From Candidatus Aenigmatarchaeota archaeon (lineage in GTDB: Archaea; Aenigmatarchaeota; Aenigmatarchaeia; CG10238-14; SCSR01), in the NCBI GenBank assembly GCA_039000685.1, contig JAWBNW010000001.1, positions 14,655-78,654 on the forward strand: a stretch of 64,000 nucleotides of DNA, read 5' to 3'. The position numbers and the translations under genes were made by a program. The notes under the pieces were generated by a model, which was not told the DNA's origin, made no database searches, and saw nothing but the letters and a program-made list of their open reading frames with translations. Positions 18,138 to 28,482 of this stretch are shown here, one piece after another (position 1 is the stretch's first letter; each line of letters begins with the position of its first letter).

Positions 18138-21020
18138 TTACTTGGCTTTCTTTTTTGTCAGCTCTTCCCACTTTTTCTTCAGTTCATCCCAAGTCCTTTT
18201 GACTTCTTCCTCCTCTTTTTTGGTTTGGACTATTGGTTTTTCTTCTTCAACCGGCCAGAACAAGAAAGCCAAAATACCCCCCACAATTGCCCCCACGATT
18301 ACCAAAATTATCCAGATTGGAAAGCCTTTTGTCCAATTACCAGCTATCGCAAAAAGAGAAAGACCAGGAGATATTGCTCTGAACTGATAATATTCTGAAG
18401 TTTCATTAATTTTTATTGTCTGAAGTTTTCTCCAAGTGTTGTTCGAAAGCCTGTAAAGAGCTATTGTGTTAACATCAATATTATTTTCACTTATCCAAGA
18501 CTTTTCGACTTGAAAGTCTATGCTTACGCTTATTACATCACTTTCATTCATGTTTGTTGTCACAATTTCTAGATATTTGTGGACAAGACCCTCTTCTGTT
18601 CTCACAGTCGCAGGAATGTTTTCTGGTTTTACCCCCTCTTTTACAGTCAATGTAGCATTGCTTACATTCTTGCTAACAAAGATTGTTATCTTCACAATTT
18701 TTAGTATATTGGCATTAGGAATTTCAACTACAGCAGGAGATTCTGGAGTAATTGATTGAATTTGAAAGCTGGCATTTATTGGCATGATTAGTGGTGGAAG
18801 TGTAGTTGTAGTAGTTGTGGTGGAAGTTGTAGTTGTGGTTGTAGTAGTTGTAGTAGTTATATTTGGTGTTGGTGGAAGTGTAGTTGTTGTGGTTTCTGGA
18901 GCAGTAATTGTTGTGTCAAAAGATATATTTCTGAACCAAGTGCCAGAAGTTTTATTTATCCATGATGTGCAGCTCCCTTCAGCATCACCAGCAACTATTC
19001 TCCAGGCGATATAGCAACCAGTATAATTGTAAGCTGAAATGTTGAAGAATACTTCTTCTCCAGGGTTTGGATATTTCAAGCAATTACTCAGGTAGAAATA
19101 AGCAGCAGATAAACAAGAACCTTTGGTTAATTTAATCGAAGTGTTTACAGCATCAATAGGACCAAGATTTTTGATGGTGACATTCACATAGCCAGTTGAA
19201 TTTTTATTCAGAGTTGAAGGATAGCTTACTAAGCTCATGTTAAGTCCGGTATCATCGATTGTGAGCAACTTATTTATTGGATCATCTAGACTTTCCCCCC
19301 GATAAATGTCTGAACCGAGTTTGATGTGAACATAATACCTTCCGCCAGGAGTTTTTTGTGGAACTGTTATATTTATTTTTCGATGGGTTCCATTCGAAAC
19401 ATTTGTAAAAGCCAGGGTTCCAGTAGAATAGGAAGCATTTGGTTCATATAGCCACACGCTCATGTTTTGAGTGAAATTGAATGGAAAATCTAAAGGAATA
19501 GAAACACCATCAACATAAGATATATCAAAAACAACACTCACATAGCCTTCCTGAGAGCTAACATTAACACTTTCATTCACCAATTCCACTATTGTTATGT
19601 TAAGGAAATTGGTTAAATTGAGTCTGATTGGAATTTTAAGTTGGCCACCATTTTCACCCAGGTAAATCAAATTTCCTTCATATCTTCCGCTGATGGCATC
19701 TGCAGGTATGGTTAAATTAATTTCTATAGTTTTTGTTGAATTTTCACACCCCACAGCATCGAAAGTTTTGTTTTCGTAGCTTGAAAAGTTCGTGATGATC
19801 CATTTGCTTGGGTTGACGAAAGCTTGTATAAGAAGCTTATATTCTGAAAAATTTACAGTTGTGTTTTTTACTTCAACTCTCCACCACCCAGCTTTTCCCG
19901 CATTATCAACTTCTACAAACTCTTCTTTCTCCAAGTTGCTCATGTTGGCGTTAACATATTTACCAGAAGAACTATTTACAAATTCTCCAGAAGAATTAAA
20001 CAGTGAAATGTTGTAAGCCCCGACACCACTCCAAATCAATCTGACTTTTATCCTTTCAAAAACAGAAGAATTTGGCAAAAAGAAAGTGAAATTTTTTGAA
20101 CCGCTGTCTATGAACTCTTTCAAATAATAAAGTTCAGATTCTTCACTCACACTCTGAATTGAAATATTGCCTTTGTTTGTTAAATTGAAAACCTTTGTGA
20201 TATTGGTTATATTCTGTAAACCGAAATTAATTTCTTCTGGGCTTGAGCCCAAAGCAAAAAGAATAACAGTTCCATTATAAGAAATTTCAGAGCTATGATT
20301 ACCGTAAATTCTTATCTCATAAGTTGAATTAGGGTTGATGAAACTATAGCTAAGTCTTTCTTCGTTTCCACCTTTGTTTATTGATTTTGCTTTCAGTTCA
20401 TTATTAGCCAGTAAGAATAAGTCTACATCTCCAGCATCGAAACTGATGTTCACAGTTATGCTTGTAGCATTTGGCAGGGTAGAGCAATTGAAATAGAAAG
20501 AATGGTATTCTACTGCATTTACAGGAAGAGTGCCGTTGAATTTACCAATCCCTGTAGAGCTATTTATCTCTATAGGCAAATCAACTATAACAGTAATGCT
20601 AACATTTTCACTTGAGTTTGTGATATTCTCAACAAAGAAATTTCCTTTGTATTTTCCAGGCATTCTATCTTGAACAGAAGCAATTATCGTGAAGTTTGAA
20701 AAGTTTGATTCTGAAGTGTTGATTGTGGTGATATTGCTTAAATTGCCGGTATGATTTATTAAAATTAGTTCAATTCCTTCTCCTTGAGAATAGTTTGCGA
20801 TAACAGCGGTACTGTTATTGAAAATTAAGGTGACGTTAAAAGTGGAATTGACAGTTAAATTTGTTTTATAACTATTAGTCCAGTTCAAGTAGATTGTTTC
20901 TGGTTGCAGACTGAATTCTCCACTGGTGCTAGAAACTAAAGCTTTAACAAAAGAGAAAATTGCAAGAGAAAAAATAGTCAAAAGAAGTAAAGTGAAGAAC
21001 CAATTTTTCATGTTTCTCAT
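18138..21020 (-). CDS. Large cell-surface glycoprotein with PGF-pre-PGF-like domain
   Basis: Signal peptide, many NxS/T sequons, Thr-rich linker, FQVEKSWI...SPGLSLFAIAG, C-terminal TM. Confidence 0.75.
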   Translation of the reverse strand: MRNMKNWFFTLLLLTIFSLAIFSFVKALVSSTSGEFSLQPETIYLNWTNSYKTNLTVNSTFNVTLIFNNSTAVIANYSQGEGIELILINHTGNLSNITTINTSESNFSNFTIIASVQDRMPGKYKGNFFVENITNSSENVSITVIVDLPIEINSSTGIGKFNGTLPVNAVEYHSFYFNCSTLPNATSITVNISFDAGDVDLFLLANNELKAKSINKGGNEERLSYSFINPNSTYEIRIYGNHSSEISYNGTVILFALGSSPEEINFGLQNITNITKVFNLTNKGNISIQSVSEESELYYLKEFIDSGSKNFTFFLPNSSVFERIKVRLIWSGVGAYNISLFNSSGEFVNSSSGKYVNANMSNLEKEEFVEVDNAGKAGWWRVEVKNTTVNFSEYKLLIQAFVNPSKWIITNFSSYENKTFDAVGCENSTKTIEINLTIPADAISGRYEGNLIYLGENGGQLKIPIRLNLTNFLNITIVELVNESVNVSSQEGYVSVVFDISYVDGVSIPLDFPFNFTQNMSVWLYEPNASYSTGTLAFTNVSNGTHRKINITVPQKTPGGRYYVHIKLGSDIYRGESLDDPINKLLTIDDTGLNMSLVSYPSTLNKNSTGYVNVTIKNLGPIDAVNTSIKLTKGSCLSAAYFYLSNCLKYPNPGEEVFFNISAYNYTGCYIAWRIVAGDAEGSCTSWINKTSGTWFRNISFDTTITAPETTTTTLPPTPNITTTTTTTTTTTSTTTTTTTLPPLIMPINASFQIQSITPESPAVVEIPNANILKIVKITIFVSKNVSNATLTVKEGVKPENIPATVRTEEGLVHKYLEIVTTNMNESDVISVSIDFQVEKSWISENNIDVNTIALYRLSNNTWRKLQTIKINETSEYYQFRAISPGLSLFAIAGNWTKGFPIWIILVIVGAIVGGILAFLFWPVEEEKPIVQTKKEEEEVKRTWDELKKKWEELTKKKAK
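18791..18892. repeat. Low-complexity Thr-codon repeat with a duplicated TTTLPP unit
   Basis: (gtt/gta/gtg)n tract; ggtggaagtgtagttgt occurs twice. Confidence 0.7.
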
Positions 21021-21091
21021 TAAAATAATTTCTATTTCTTAGATAAAAAATCTAACCAAAAAGGATTTATTCAAGCTCTTTCTTTTTTAAA

Positions 21092-21688
21092 TTGATGAGA
21101 TTAGCTTGGTTTTTTGTTTTAATGACAATCTTAATTGCTGGGTGTGTGGAGAAAGGGAGCATGTCAAATTTAGAAGGAAAAAAAGTTTTGATGATAGTTG
21201 CACCAGAAAACTTTAGGGATGAAGAATTGCTTAAACCAAAAGAGATTTTGGAAAATGTTAAAGCAGAAGTTAAAATAGCTTCAAAAGGCGTTGCTACAGC
21301 AAGAGGAATGCTTGGTGCAAGCGTAAGTGTTGATCTTGATTTGAGTGAAGTTGAGGTCAAGAGCTATGATGCAGTGATTTTTGTTGGTGGGACAGGGGCT
21401 CAAGTTTACTTTGATGATCCAACAGCTTTGAAAATAGCAAGAGAGGCTTATGAACAAAGAAAAATTGTTGGGGCGATTTGCATAGCTCCTTCCATTCTAG
21501 CTAATGCGGGAATTCTTGAAGGTAAGAAAGCAACTTCTTGGCCAAGCGAAGTGAGCAATTTAGAAGCTAGAGGAGCTAGCTACACAGGAGAACTTGTTAC
21601 TGTGGATGGAAATATAATAACGGCTAAAGGGCCAGAAGCAGCAAGCCAATTTGGCAGAGCTATAGCTGAAGCTTTGGAATTAAATTAA
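21092..21688 (+). CDS. DJ-1/PfpI family protein with N-terminal signal or lipoprotein-like segment
   Basis: FRDEEL, YDAVIFVGG, GAICIAP, DGNIITAKGP. Confidence 0.88.
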   Translation: MMRLAWFFVLMTILIAGCVEKGSMSNLEGKKVLMIVAPENFRDEELLKPKEILENVKAEVKIASKGVATARGMLGASVSVDLDLSEVEVKSYDAVIFVGGTGAQVYFDDPTALKIAREAYEQRKIVGAICIAPSILANAGILEGKKATSWPSEVSNLEARGASYTGELVTVDGNIITAKGPEAASQFGRAIAEALELN

Positions 21689-21704
21689 GGGAGATATTTT
21701 AACT

Positions 21705-21926
21705 ATGAGAAAGAAACCTGAAGAATTTAAGAAATTAACAAATGAAAAAAGAGAAAAATCCAGACAATATATTCTGGCTACTATGGCATGGATTATGGCA
21801 TGGATAATAGCAGTTTGGCAAGTTTTACTTTCTAAACTAAATGCTGATACAAATATCTTAATACTGACATTGGTTTTAAACACAATAATCTTCTTTTCTT
21901 TGATTTTTTTCTATTGGAAAGCTTGA
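21705..21926 (+). CDS. Small two-TM hypothetical protein
   Basis: GGGAG SD and two hydrophobic helices. Confidence 0.5.
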   Translation: MRKKPEEFKKLTNEKREKSRQYILATMAWIMAWIIAVWQVLLSKLNADTNILILTLVLNTIIFFSLIFFYWKA

Positions 21927-21931
21927 AACTA

Positions 21932-22006
21932 TGCCCCCGAGGGGATTTGAACCCCCAACCAACGGCTTAGGAAGCCGCTGCTCTATCCAAGTTGAGCTAC
22001 GAGGGC
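21932..22006 (-). tRNA. tRNA-Arg (CCT), intronless, CCA not encoded
   Basis: GCCCTCG acceptor, GCGGC-TTCCTAA-GCCGT anticodon arm, GGGGG-TTCAAAT-CCCCT T arm. Confidence 0.95.
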
Positions 22007-22040
22007 CTCTAAATTTATAAGAGCCATATTAATTTATATT

Positions 22041-23147
22041 ATGCTTTCTGAAAAAGAAATGCAAAAAATTGCTAGAAATGTGATAAGAACAAACTTGGCA
22101 GTTAAAGAAAAAGATGTTACTCTGATTTCTTGTGGCCCCAAATCTTTGAAATTTGCTGAAGCTTTAGCTTTTGAGACAGCAAAAGTTGGAGCCCAACCAA
22201 CAATAACTTACGGAAGCGATGAGCTAAGCTTAAAAATTTACAAAACCATTAAAGTCAAGTTTTTAAAACAATGGCCAAAGCTTGCTGATGTTCTTTCCAA
22301 GCTTGTTGATGTTAAAATTGTCATAGACGATACAAATCCTTTTGCTGCAAGAGAGCTCCCTCAATGGAAAGTTGAGATAAGGAGAAAAACTGTTAAGCCG
22401 ATAAGGGAAAGAGAAGAAGAGAGACAGAGAAAAAAAGAAATGAAAGCTGCTTTAATCGGCTTTCCAACAGAAGAAGAAGCAAAAGCTTTAGGTATACCTT
22501 TTCAAAAGCTAGACAAAATATTCTGGAACGCCATGAAAGTTGATTACGAGAAGCTTTACCAATACAACCAAAAACTCATTCAAAAGTTGAAAAATTCAGA
22601 CAAAGTTAGAATAATAGGCGAGAGGACTGACTTGAAATTTTCAGTTAAAGGAAGAAAGTTCATAAACGCTTGTGGCCTCGTGACAAAAAAAGGTGAGATT
22701 GGCTATCTGAATTTGCCTGATGGCGAAGTTTTCTGTCCTCCAGTTGAGGATTCGGTTGAAGGAGAAATTTATTTTGATTTGCCTTGCATGTGGCATTATG
22801 GAAAACAAGTTGAAGGAGTTTGGTTCAAGTTTGAAAAAGGAAGGCTTGTAGATTACAAGATAGAAAAAGGAAGAGAGAATTTTGAAGATGTTTTTAAACA
22901 TGCTTCTGGTGATAAAGATAGAATAGGAGAATTTGCTATTGGTACAAATCCCAAAGCAAAACCAACAGGAGGAATGATAATTGTAGACGAAAAAGTTAGA
23001 GGGACAATTCATTTTGCTTTAGGGCACAACAAACACTTCGGTGGAAAAAACAATTCAACTCTACATTGGGATTTCTTCAAAGACATGAAGCAAGGAGAAA
23101 TTTATGTTGATGGTGAGCTTTTGATGAAAAATGGAAAGATAGTGTAG
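22041..23147 (+). CDS. Aminopeptidase, M29 (AmpS/thermophilic) family
   Basis: NLPDGEVF, IGEFAIGTN, DEKVRGTIHFALG, LHWDF. Confidence 0.9.
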   Translation: MLSEKEMQKIARNVIRTNLAVKEKDVTLISCGPKSLKFAEALAFETAKVGAQPTITYGSDELSLKIYKTIKVKFLKQWPKLADVLSKLVDVKIVIDDTNPFAARELPQWKVEIRRKTVKPIREREEERQRKKEMKAALIGFPTEEEAKALGIPFQKLDKIFWNAMKVDYEKLYQYNQKLIQKLKNSDKVRIIGERTDLKFSVKGRKFINACGLVTKKGEIGYLNLPDGEVFCPPVEDSVEGEIYFDLPCMWHYGKQVEGVWFKFEKGRLVDYKIEKGRENFEDVFKHASGDKDRIGEFAIGTNPKAKPTGGMIIVDEKVRGTIHFALGHNKHFGGKNNSTLHWDFFKDMKQGEIYVDGELLMKNGKIV

Positions 23148-23150
23148 CTC

Positions 23151-23897
23151 ATGGGGATGATTAAAACTAAAGAAGAAATCAAACTTTTAAAAAAATCTGC
23201 TGAAATTTCAAATTCTTGCATACCATTGATTGAAAGCTTGTTAAAAAAAGAAAAAATTACAGAGAAAGAAATAGCTTCGGCTATCAGAAGAAAAATTTAT
23301 TCTCAAGGGGCAGAGCTTGCTTTCAGGACAATTGTTGCTTGTGGCAAGAGAGCTGCAAGAATCCATGCAAAACCAAGAGCATCAAACAAAATAATTTCTG
23401 GTTTAGGATATGTGGACTTTGGAGCTTCCTATAAAGGCTACAAAACAGATGTCACTGTGCCATTCATAAAGGGAAAAATAAGTAAGAAAGAAGAAAAAAT
23501 GGTCAAGGCAGTTATTCAAGCTTATAACTTAGCTTTTAAATCTTTGAAAGTTGGTCTTCCTTGCTTTCAACTTTTTGAAAAAGTTGATAATTTCTTGAGA
23601 AAACAAGGCTTTGGCATGCAGCATTCCCTTGGTCATGGTGTTGGTTTGAAAATTCATGAGTTACCCACAATTGGAATACCAAAAGAAAAATTGGAGAAAC
23701 TGAATAAAAAGAAGAAAAAGAAACTGGAGAAACTAAAGAAAATAAGATTTCAAGAAAACATGGTCTTCACGATTGAGCCAGCAGTTTATGTTAAAGGGTT
23801 GGGTGGCTGTAGACTTGAAAACACAATTCTTTTAACAAAAAGTGAGCCCGTAAGTATAACGAACTCTAAACTTTTGATAATAAAAAACCAAGTTTGA
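23151..23897 (+). CDS. M24 (Xaa-Pro/prolidase-like) peptidase, catalytic domain only
   Basis: DFGASYKGYKTDVT, HSLGHGVGLKIHE, FTIEPAVY, GCRLEN. Confidence 0.88.
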   Translation: MGMIKTKEEIKLLKKSAEISNSCIPLIESLLKKEKITEKEIASAIRRKIYSQGAELAFRTIVACGKRAARIHAKPRASNKIISGLGYVDFGASYKGYKTDVTVPFIKGKISKKEEKMVKAVIQAYNLAFKSLKVGLPCFQLFEKVDNFLRKQGFGMQHSLGHGVGLKIHELPTIGIPKEKLEKLNKKKKKKLEKLKKIRFQENMVFTIEPAVYVKGLGGCRLENTILLTKSEPVSITNSKLLIIKNQV

Positions 23898-23954
23898 AAA
23901 AAATCAGAAATAGAAATGAAATAAACTTAAATCTTTAAGTTTTTATAACTAATC

Positions 23955-24338
23955 ATGAACATAATGTTTTGGAAGAAAGAAAAGCCAAAAGAAAAAAAAC
24001 AAATAAGAGAAGAAACCAAAACACTACTAAAAACTGAATGCGAAAAATCTAACAGACCAGATTTATACCAATATCTTCAGTATGTACCCTATTTTCCTGA
24101 TAAATGGAAGAAAGGTCAAGAAACTTCTTATTTTCACTCAGGTTGTCTCACGTTGTATGAGGGTCTTAGGTTAGAAGCACAAAATAATCCAGAAGCAATA
24201 GAAAAGTTTGAGAAGGCAAAACAAGAATTAGGAGAAAGTAGACAAAAAGAGCCAATATACGCTAGAGATGCAGAAGAAATTATTAAAAATTTTGATGATG
24301 TTATAAAAATTCTGAGAAGACTTTGGAAAATAGATTAA
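23955..24338 (+). CDS. Hypothetical protein
   Basis: 127-aa ORF with its own AT-rich promoter region. Confidence 0.5.
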   Translation: MNIMFWKKEKPKEKKQIREETKTLLKTECEKSNRPDLYQYLQYVPYFPDKWKKGQETSYFHSGCLTLYEGLRLEAQNNPEAIEKFEKAKQELGESRQKEPIYARDAEEIIKNFDDVIKILRRLWKID

Positions 24339-26134
24339 ATCAAGGCCTTAATCATCTTCTTATTCACCAAAGCTCTGATAATCTCTTTCCCGATTTCTGA
24401 TGCTTTATTGACTTTTATGCTTGCTTTTTTGCCTATGGTGGCAGAAAATAAAAACTCATCTTCAACATAGAAATTTGCAACCTTCCCAACAAGCTTTTTA
24501 TTGAATTTAAACTCTATGCTATTTCCACTTTCGTTGATTTCAAACTCAACTTCTTTTCCTATCGCAGGAACTCTTGGTTCAACTTCTATATGCAAACCAA
24601 GCTTTTTCTCTATTGCCGAGATAGTATTGCCTTCTTTCCCAATCAACCTTGCAATCACATCATTCTCAACCCTTACTATAGCTTGAGTATCAGAAACAAG
24701 CTCAACTTGGGCTCTTGGGTCAAATCTTTCTATCTCTTGCTTTATTCTCTCAGCAGCCAATTTTTTCATTGGAGATACTTCGCTTGCTGTGACAGGGACG
24801 ATTATATTCTCTTCGCCAAAGGTGTAAATTTCATACTCAAGCTTTCCTGTCTCAAAATCTTTTATCTCAACCAATGGTCTTGCCAAGTCAGCTTCCGTCA
24901 TTCCCGTGGGCACTCTTACAGTCAAATTCAACTCGTAAACTTTTTTTACTTCACCCTCTTTTATGAAGATCACCGTGTCAATTATATGTGGGATCATCCC
25001 AAGCTCAGTTCTCATTATAAATCTCTGAATTGCATCTATTGCGTTGCTAGCGTGAACAACACCTATCATCCCAACTCCAGCCAAGCGCATGTCAGAAAAA
25101 ATCTCAAAATCTTTCGTCTTCCTAACTTCGTCATAAACTGAATAATCTGGTCTCACCAGCAGCAAGATATCGGCAGTTTTCTCAAAATCACCTTCCAAAG
25201 GCCCATATTGAGTGATTTCAGGACCAACTTGCAAGTCTTTCGGACTTTCCAAAGTCTTCACTATCTTTCCCTGCTCTTTGTAAAATTCTGCTATGCTGCT
25301 TGCAAAAGTTGTCTTTCCAGAACCTGGAGGACCCGCAATCAAAATTCCTTCTGCCTTTTCCTTCAACCTCTTCATCAACTTTTCAGAAAGCTTGTAATCT
25401 TCAAGATTTAGTTTAACTATCGGTCTCACAATCGTGAGCTCAAGACCATCAGAAAAAGGAGGTCTTGCTATTGCTATTCTATAATCACCGAGTTGCAAGA
25501 CCATTGCTCCAGCTCGGGCTATTTCAACATGACCTTCTTCACTCACCCTCGCCGCTTCCAAAATTTCCTTGATTATTTCTTCTATTTCTTCTGCACTCAA
25601 TTTCTCCTCTCTGATCTTCAAAAGCTCAAATTTCCCAGGCTTCCCTCTTTTCGCAAGTGGTACTACATCTTCTTTCAAATGAACGCTTAAAGTGTCTGGA
25701 GTAAAATACTTCTCAAATTCCAAACCAGTTGTTTTTATTTCTTGTGCTATGTATTCGACAGGAATCCCCTCAGCTTCTGCAACTAATGCTTGAACATAAT
25801 CAGCGGTAAGCAACTTTCCATTTTCAGCTTTTGCCACATCCCTTATCAAGGCATCTATTCTTCCTGCTTTTGCCAGCTTTATTTCTTCTAAGCTTGGTCT
25901 TTCTCCCGTAAACCTTATCTTTATTTTTTTCTCTTCACAAACCTTCCTTATCTTCTTCAATTCATCAAGACCAACAAAACCAACGTCCCTTCCTTTTGAT
26001 GCTTGTGCTTGCAGTTCATCTAAAACAGCTAGAGGTATCACTAGCTCGAAATCTTTCAGCTCATCTCTTTCAAGCATTCGAGTCAAATTTCCATGAATTA
26101 TCACTGAAGTATCGGGAACAATTCTATTTACCAT
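24335..26134 (-). CDS. PINA: PIN domain, PilT-type ATPase and KH domain (Holliday junction branch-migration ATPase)
   Basis: IVPDTSVII PIN start, GPPGSGKT, RPDYSVYDEVR, LIGKEG KH motif. Confidence 0.9.
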   Translation of the reverse strand: MVNRIVPDTSVIIHGNLTRMLERDELKDFELVIPLAVLDELQAQASKGRDVGFVGLDELKKIRKVCEEKKIKIRFTGERPSLEEIKLAKAGRIDALIRDVAKAENGKLLTADYVQALVAEAEGIPVEYIAQEIKTTGLEFEKYFTPDTLSVHLKEDVVPLAKRGKPGKFELLKIREEKLSAEEIEEIIKEILEAARVSEEGHVEIARAGAMVLQLGDYRIAIARPPFSDGLELTIVRPIVKLNLEDYKLSEKLMKRLKEKAEGILIAGPPGSGKTTFASSIAEFYKEQGKIVKTLESPKDLQVGPEITQYGPLEGDFEKTADILLLVRPDYSVYDEVRKTKDFEIFSDMRLAGVGMIGVVHASNAIDAIQRFIMRTELGMIPHIIDTVIFIKEGEVKKVYELNLTVRVPTGMTEADLARPLVEIKDFETGKLEYEIYTFGEENIIVPVTASEVSPMKKLAAERIKQEIERFDPRAQVELVSDTQAIVRVENDVIARLIGKEGNTISAIEKKLGLHIEVEPRVPAIGKEVEFEINESGNSIEFKFNKKLVGKVANFYVEDEFLFSATIGKKASIKVNKASEIGKEIIRALVNKKMIKALI

Positions 26135-26304
26135 ATTTTAACCTTGTTTTTCCTTGTTTTAAACCTATACTTTTTTCTTCCAAAATTCTTTTAAATCTTT
26201 CTATCTATTTATTCACCTCTAAATCACGACAAATTCGTTGATTTTAAAACAATATTTGTAGAATAGCAAAATATTTAAAGGTTAAATAATTCTTTTTAAT
26301 CAAG

Positions 26305-26430
26305 ATGAACATGAAAATGTGTCCAGAGTGCGGGAGTGACAATCTAAAACACGATTTTGAAGGCTTGATATGTAAAGACTGTGGAACAGTAATAGAGGAA
26401 AGCTTTATTTCAGGTAAAAGAATAATTTAA
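26305..26430 (+). CDS. Stand-alone TFIIB-type zinc-ribbon protein (41 aa, absent from the ORF track)
   Basis: [14 protein letters not shown]...[12 protein letters not shown]. Confidence 0.7.
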   Translation: MNMKMCPECGSDNLKHDFEGLICKDCGTVIEESFISGKRII

Positions 26431-26449
26431 GTCGGTATTGATTTAAGGT

Positions 26450-27061
26450 TTGGTTAGCGTGAAGAGTGGAAAATTTATAGTTTTTGAAGGGATAGATGGT
26501 GCTGGAAAAACTACACAAATAGCTCTTTTGAGATCTTGGCTCGAACAAAAGAAGATAAAATGTATAACAACAAAAGAACCAACAGAAAATATAACTGGAA
26601 ACATTCTCAAGTTAACAATGCAAATGGAAAAACTCTCACCAATCACAGATGCGTTGCTCTTTGCTGCTGATAGGTCGGAGCATCTAGACAAGAAGATCAA
26701 ACAACAATTGAAAAAGGGAGGAATAATTATATCAGAACGCTACATTTATGCTAATCTTGCATTCCAAACATCTCAGGGTGTGAGCGAAAGATTTATTCGA
26801 AACATAAATGAGTTTGCAATTCAACCAGACTTGGTGATACTGCTTGATGCACCTGCAGAAGTTGCATTGAAGAGGAAGTGGAACTTGCTTTACTACTTAC
26901 CTTCGAAATTCGAGAAGAGCATTGCTTTCAACGAGAAAGTAAGAATGAAATATCTTGAGCTTGCTAAGAAATATGATTTGAAGGTAGTCGATGCTTCTCG
27001 TTCGATAGATGAAGTTTTTGAAGATGTCAAGAAAATAGTGGCAAAAGAACTTAAGCTATGA
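26450..27061 (+). CDS. tmk: Thymidylate kinase (start may be GTG 26459)
   Basis: FIVFEGIDGAGKTTQ, LLFAADR, PDLVILLD. Confidence 0.92.
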   Translation: MVSVKSGKFIVFEGIDGAGKTTQIALLRSWLEQKKIKCITTKEPTENITGNILKLTMQMEKLSPITDALLFAADRSEHLDKKIKQQLKKGGIIISERYIYANLAFQTSQGVSERFIRNINEFAIQPDLVILLDAPAEVALKRKWNLLYYLPSKFEKSIAFNEKVRMKYLELAKKYDLKVVDASRSIDEVFEDVKKIVAKELKL

Positions 27062-28361
27062 TTTCTATGATCTCTTCGATTCCAAGTTCTTTCTCAACCT
27101 TTTTCTTCATATCTTTAACCTTAAACTTTTTTTCTTCAATCTCTTTCTTTCCCACTATCACTACAAAAGGTATTCCCAAAGAATCAGCATACTCAAGTTG
27201 TTTAGTTAAATTTCTTTTCATCAAATCTACTTGAGTTGGAATTCCTGCTTTTCTCAACTTATTTGCAACTTCTATAGCTTCTCTTTTTACGCTTTCTTCA
27301 ACATTGGCAACAAAAACCTTGACTTTTGTTTTCTGGAGCTTAATTTTTTTCTCATTTTTCAAAATTTCGATTATCCTCTCTATTCCAAGGGAAATTCCTG
27401 TGGCCGGAGTTGGTTTTCCACCGTAAAGCTCTATAAGTTTATCATATCTCCCACCCCCAGCCAAAGAGCCAACTTTTCCCCCTCTAACTTCAATTTCAAA
27501 TATTGGGCCGGTGTAATAGTCTAAGCCCCTTGCCAGGCTGAAATCAAGAACGAGCGAATCAGCTATCCTATAAAATTTTGAGAATTCATAAATTTGTTTC
27601 AATTCCTCAATTCCTTCTTTTCCTTTTAAGCTACTCTTTACCAATTCTTCTCCTCTTTTCAAGACTTCTTCATATCTTCCTTCAATTGATATAATCTCAA
27701 GCAGCTCTTCTATTTGTTTTTTAGGGAGCCCAATTTTCCCCAATTCTTCTTTCACACCATCAACACCAATTTTGCCCAGCTTGTCTATAGCCCTGAAAAC
27801 TTCCAAGCTACCAAACTCAATCTTGAGTTCTTCAGGAATTTTTTCTTTCAAGATTTCAACAAAAGCTTCTAAAACTTTTCTGTTATTTATCCTTATTTTC
27901 AAATCTTTGAAACCCAAAGCTTTCAAGCAATCTACTGCACATGCTAAACATTCGACATCAGCTTCCATGCTTTTTGAGCCGCATATATCAACATCGGCTT
28001 GGTAAAATTGCCTGAGCCTTCCAGCTTGTGGCTCTTCATATCGCCAAACTGGTGCAATGGCATATCTCTTGAATGGTTTTGGTAGCTGGGGATTGCTTGC
28101 AAGAAATCTTGCCAAAGGAACAGTCAAATCAAACCTTAAACCAAGCTTTCTCTCTTTCTCACTTTCAATTCTGAAAATTTGTTTTGCAACATCTTCTCCA
28201 CTTTTTGCCGTCAAAAGCTCCAAATCTTCAAGAGCAGGAGTTTCTATAGTTTCAAATCCGTAAGCTTCAAAAATTTTCTTGATGGTTTGAATCACATATT
28301 CACGAATAACCATTTCTTCAGTTCCAAAATCTCTCATACCTTTTGGTGGTTGAAATTTCAC
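27051..28361 (-). CDS. hisS: Histidyl-tRNA synthetase
   Basis: PKGMRDF, LRFDLTVP, RGLDYYTG, GGGRYD, GIERI. Confidence 0.96.
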   Translation of the reverse strand: MKFQPPKGMRDFGTEEMVIREYVIQTIKKIFEAYGFETIETPALEDLELLTAKSGEDVAKQIFRIESEKERKLGLRFDLTVPLARFLASNPQLPKPFKRYAIAPVWRYEEPQAGRLRQFYQADVDICGSKSMEADVECLACAVDCLKALGFKDLKIRINNRKVLEAFVEILKEKIPEELKIEFGSLEVFRAIDKLGKIGVDGVKEELGKIGLPKKQIEELLEIISIEGRYEEVLKRGEELVKSSLKGKEGIEELKQIYEFSKFYRIADSLVLDFSLARGLDYYTGPIFEIEVRGGKVGSLAGGGRYDKLIELYGGKPTPATGISLGIERIIEILKNEKKIKLQKTKVKVFVANVEESVKREAIEVANKLRKAGIPTQVDLMKRNLTKQLEYADSLGIPFVVIVGKKEIEEKKFKVKDMKKKVEKELGIEEIIEIIA

Positions 28362-28482
28362 TATTTCGCCCTAATAAATTAATTCTTGTAAAAGATATAA
28401 AATATCAATTCAATCATTTTTTGTATACCATATCCAGCAAATTATCCAACGAAACAATAAAAATTTCTTTTGAAAGGGTTAT

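Noticed and set aside
18791..18892. CRISPR-like or tandem DNA repeat
   Set aside because: It is a Thr-rich linker within a surface-protein CDS; no repeat-spacer array was seen anywhere in the window.
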